From: Podarcis muralis
Taxonomy: Eukaryota
Reading direction: 5' to 3'
Assembly (NCBI RefSeq): GCF_964188315.1
Contig: NC_135657.1
Coordinates: 76,818,001 to 76,882,000, forward strand
DNA length: 64,000 nucleotides
Shown piece by piece: positions 62,669 to 64,000 of the stretch (within the stretch, counting starts at the first letter, position 1; every line of letters starts with the position of its first letter). The translations under genes and the position numbers were made by a program. The notes beneath the pieces were generated by a model. The model was not told where the DNA came from, made no database searches, and worked only from the letters and a program-made list of their open reading frames with translations.

Positions 62669-62701
62669 TCTCTCTCTCTCTCACTCTTTCTCTCTCTCTC
62701 T
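62669..62701. repeat. Imperfect (CT)n microsatellite
   Basis: Direct reading. Confidence 0.9.
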
Positions 62702-62771
62702 GTCCCCTTTATAGATGAAGACAACATCTGGATATGTCCCAAAGACTTGACAATCAGGCTGCAGCACAAAC

Positions 62772-62790
62772 GGCCAGCAGGTGGTGCCTG
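62772..62790 (+). promoter_or_regulatory. Candidate CTCF site
   Basis: GGCCAGCAGGTGGTGCCTG vs TGGCCASYAGRKGGCRC; the one core mismatch is a C>T at a CpG-prone position. Confidence 0.5.
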
Positions 62791-63729
62791 AGAGCCAATG
62801 GAACAAGGTTGATATATTTGGGGACAGTATTGGACGTGGAGGATAGATCAAACCTTGTGGGGAAAAGAGCACATCTACACTCCTAACAGGGGTAATATAA
62901 GCTGCAGCTTTTGCAAGAAAAACAAAGTTTAATCCACCCAGCAAAAGTAGATCAAGGACACAAATCAGTTTAGTTAACTGACACATTAAGAATTTCTATG
63001 TCACAGCAGCAGAACTTCTGATACAGACCCAGTTCATTGCTCACATTTAGAGAAATAGCAAAATTGCGATCCGAAGTTTGTTGCATTTTTAGGTAACATC
63101 TGCTGCCATCAGACAATAGTTGCCTTCAAACAATTCTCACTTCCTCGGTTGCAGTTTTCCTGTTGCTGCAGTTAATTGCCATTGTCTGATATCTTCTCCT
63201 TTTTTTCTTGGAGTGACTCACTATGTTATTATATATTTTGGGAGATAATGATAAAAGCATCTTTTCTCAGAAGCCTGGAAAACTGAGGCTGTCAATTGCT
63301 ATGTGTGGAAAGATGCTGGTGATACGTTCTCACCCCTAACTTCCAGCTGCTGCAGCAGATGATCTTTCCTTCTAAGGCTTCCCTCCCAGAAGTATGCCTT
63401 ACCCAAAATGAGCTTTAGGGTCTTTCTCAGGAGAGATCAGTAACTGTTACAGTTGTATTGGTTATTGCTCAAGTACAATAACCCAAGATTACTTAATATA
63501 GCTAGGATATCCTTTTCATGCCCTTTTAAGTAGTACAAAGTAATCGGCCAGCCCAGCTCTCCCATTAGGCAAAGTGAGATGTTTGCATCAAGTGTCAGAT
63601 GCTGAGGGGTGCAACATGGAGAGAGCTGTGAGTGTCACATGACCTGCCTTAAACCCTCCAAATTTGCCGGCTTTTCTCAACTCTGGTACAATGGAGGGTG
63701 CTGTCCCATCACCATTTCTAAAAAAGAAT

Positions 63730-63798
63730 TCATTGCATTGTAGTGGGTTGCACTAGATGATCTTTGGGGCCTCTTACAACTCTACAGTTCTATGATTC
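63730..63798 (+). mobile_element. CR1 3' tail stub
   Basis: gggttgcactagatgatctttggggcctcttacaactctacagttctatgattc; the mirror of 37718-37784. Confidence 0.8.
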
Positions 63799-64000
63799 AA
63801 CTGCTAGTTTGGTTGGGTTTTGCTCATGGAATAGGGAGAGCTACCATCTTGCCCTTCACCTCAGGCAGCAAAATGTATTGGGCCAGTCCTGCTAACCAGG
63901 GTGGTTTAACATAAGGAAAAAGGTACATTTGGCCACCTTTCCAAAGTGGACGTTCTAGTTGTGTTGAGCCAGAACCAAGAGAGAGCTGTTATTCCAGAGT

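Noticed and set aside
62325-62714. Poly-Leu signal-peptide-like 129-aa ORF
   Set aside because: The leucines come from the (TGC)n repeat, the start is GTG, and the end runs into the (CT)n repeat.
1-64000. tRNA genes, CRISPR-like arrays, NUMTs, telomeric arrays
   Set aside because: B-box motifs (about 10226, 29810, 54838) are SINE heads without cloverleaf structure; there are no regularly spaced repeats, mitochondrial gene-like stretches or (TTAGGG)n.

Overview
Non-coding, AT-rich vertebrate DNA from a squamate lizard. The repeat set (Sauria SINE, Bov-B, CR1, L2, hAT and Tc1/mariner non-autonomous elements) suggests Lacertidae, which is an inference from recalled consensus shapes. There are two scaffold N-gaps. 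I recognise no intact protein-coding gene, tRNA, rRNA or CRISPR array. Only five ORFs in the track have recognisable homology, and all are decayed LINE ORF2 pieces (RT 11573-11875, L2 30297-30572, CR1 endonuclease 31702-31887, Bov-B 58507-58695 and 58559-58795). The window reads like a large intron or gene desert with several CpG-retaining unique islands that look like conserved non-coding elements or small exons. The most interesting unexplained structure is a set of fold-backs: a 35-bp-stem, 16-nt-loop hairpin at 55152-55237 with pre-miRNA geometry, whose rule-of-thumb 5p arm shares nt 1-7 with miR-125/lin-4; a 42-bp-arm inverted repeat at 29837-29958 between two opposed SINE pieces; and a switch-like multi-stem structure at 18304-18400 just upstream of a minus-strand 3' splice site. 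All four point mismatches in these stems are G.U pairs on the minus strand. I also found a TATA/first-exon-like unit at 22111-22351 (+) and several frame-preserving minus-strand exon candidates. I found no convincing novel multi-gene system. All family names and motif calls are by eye, without database searches.
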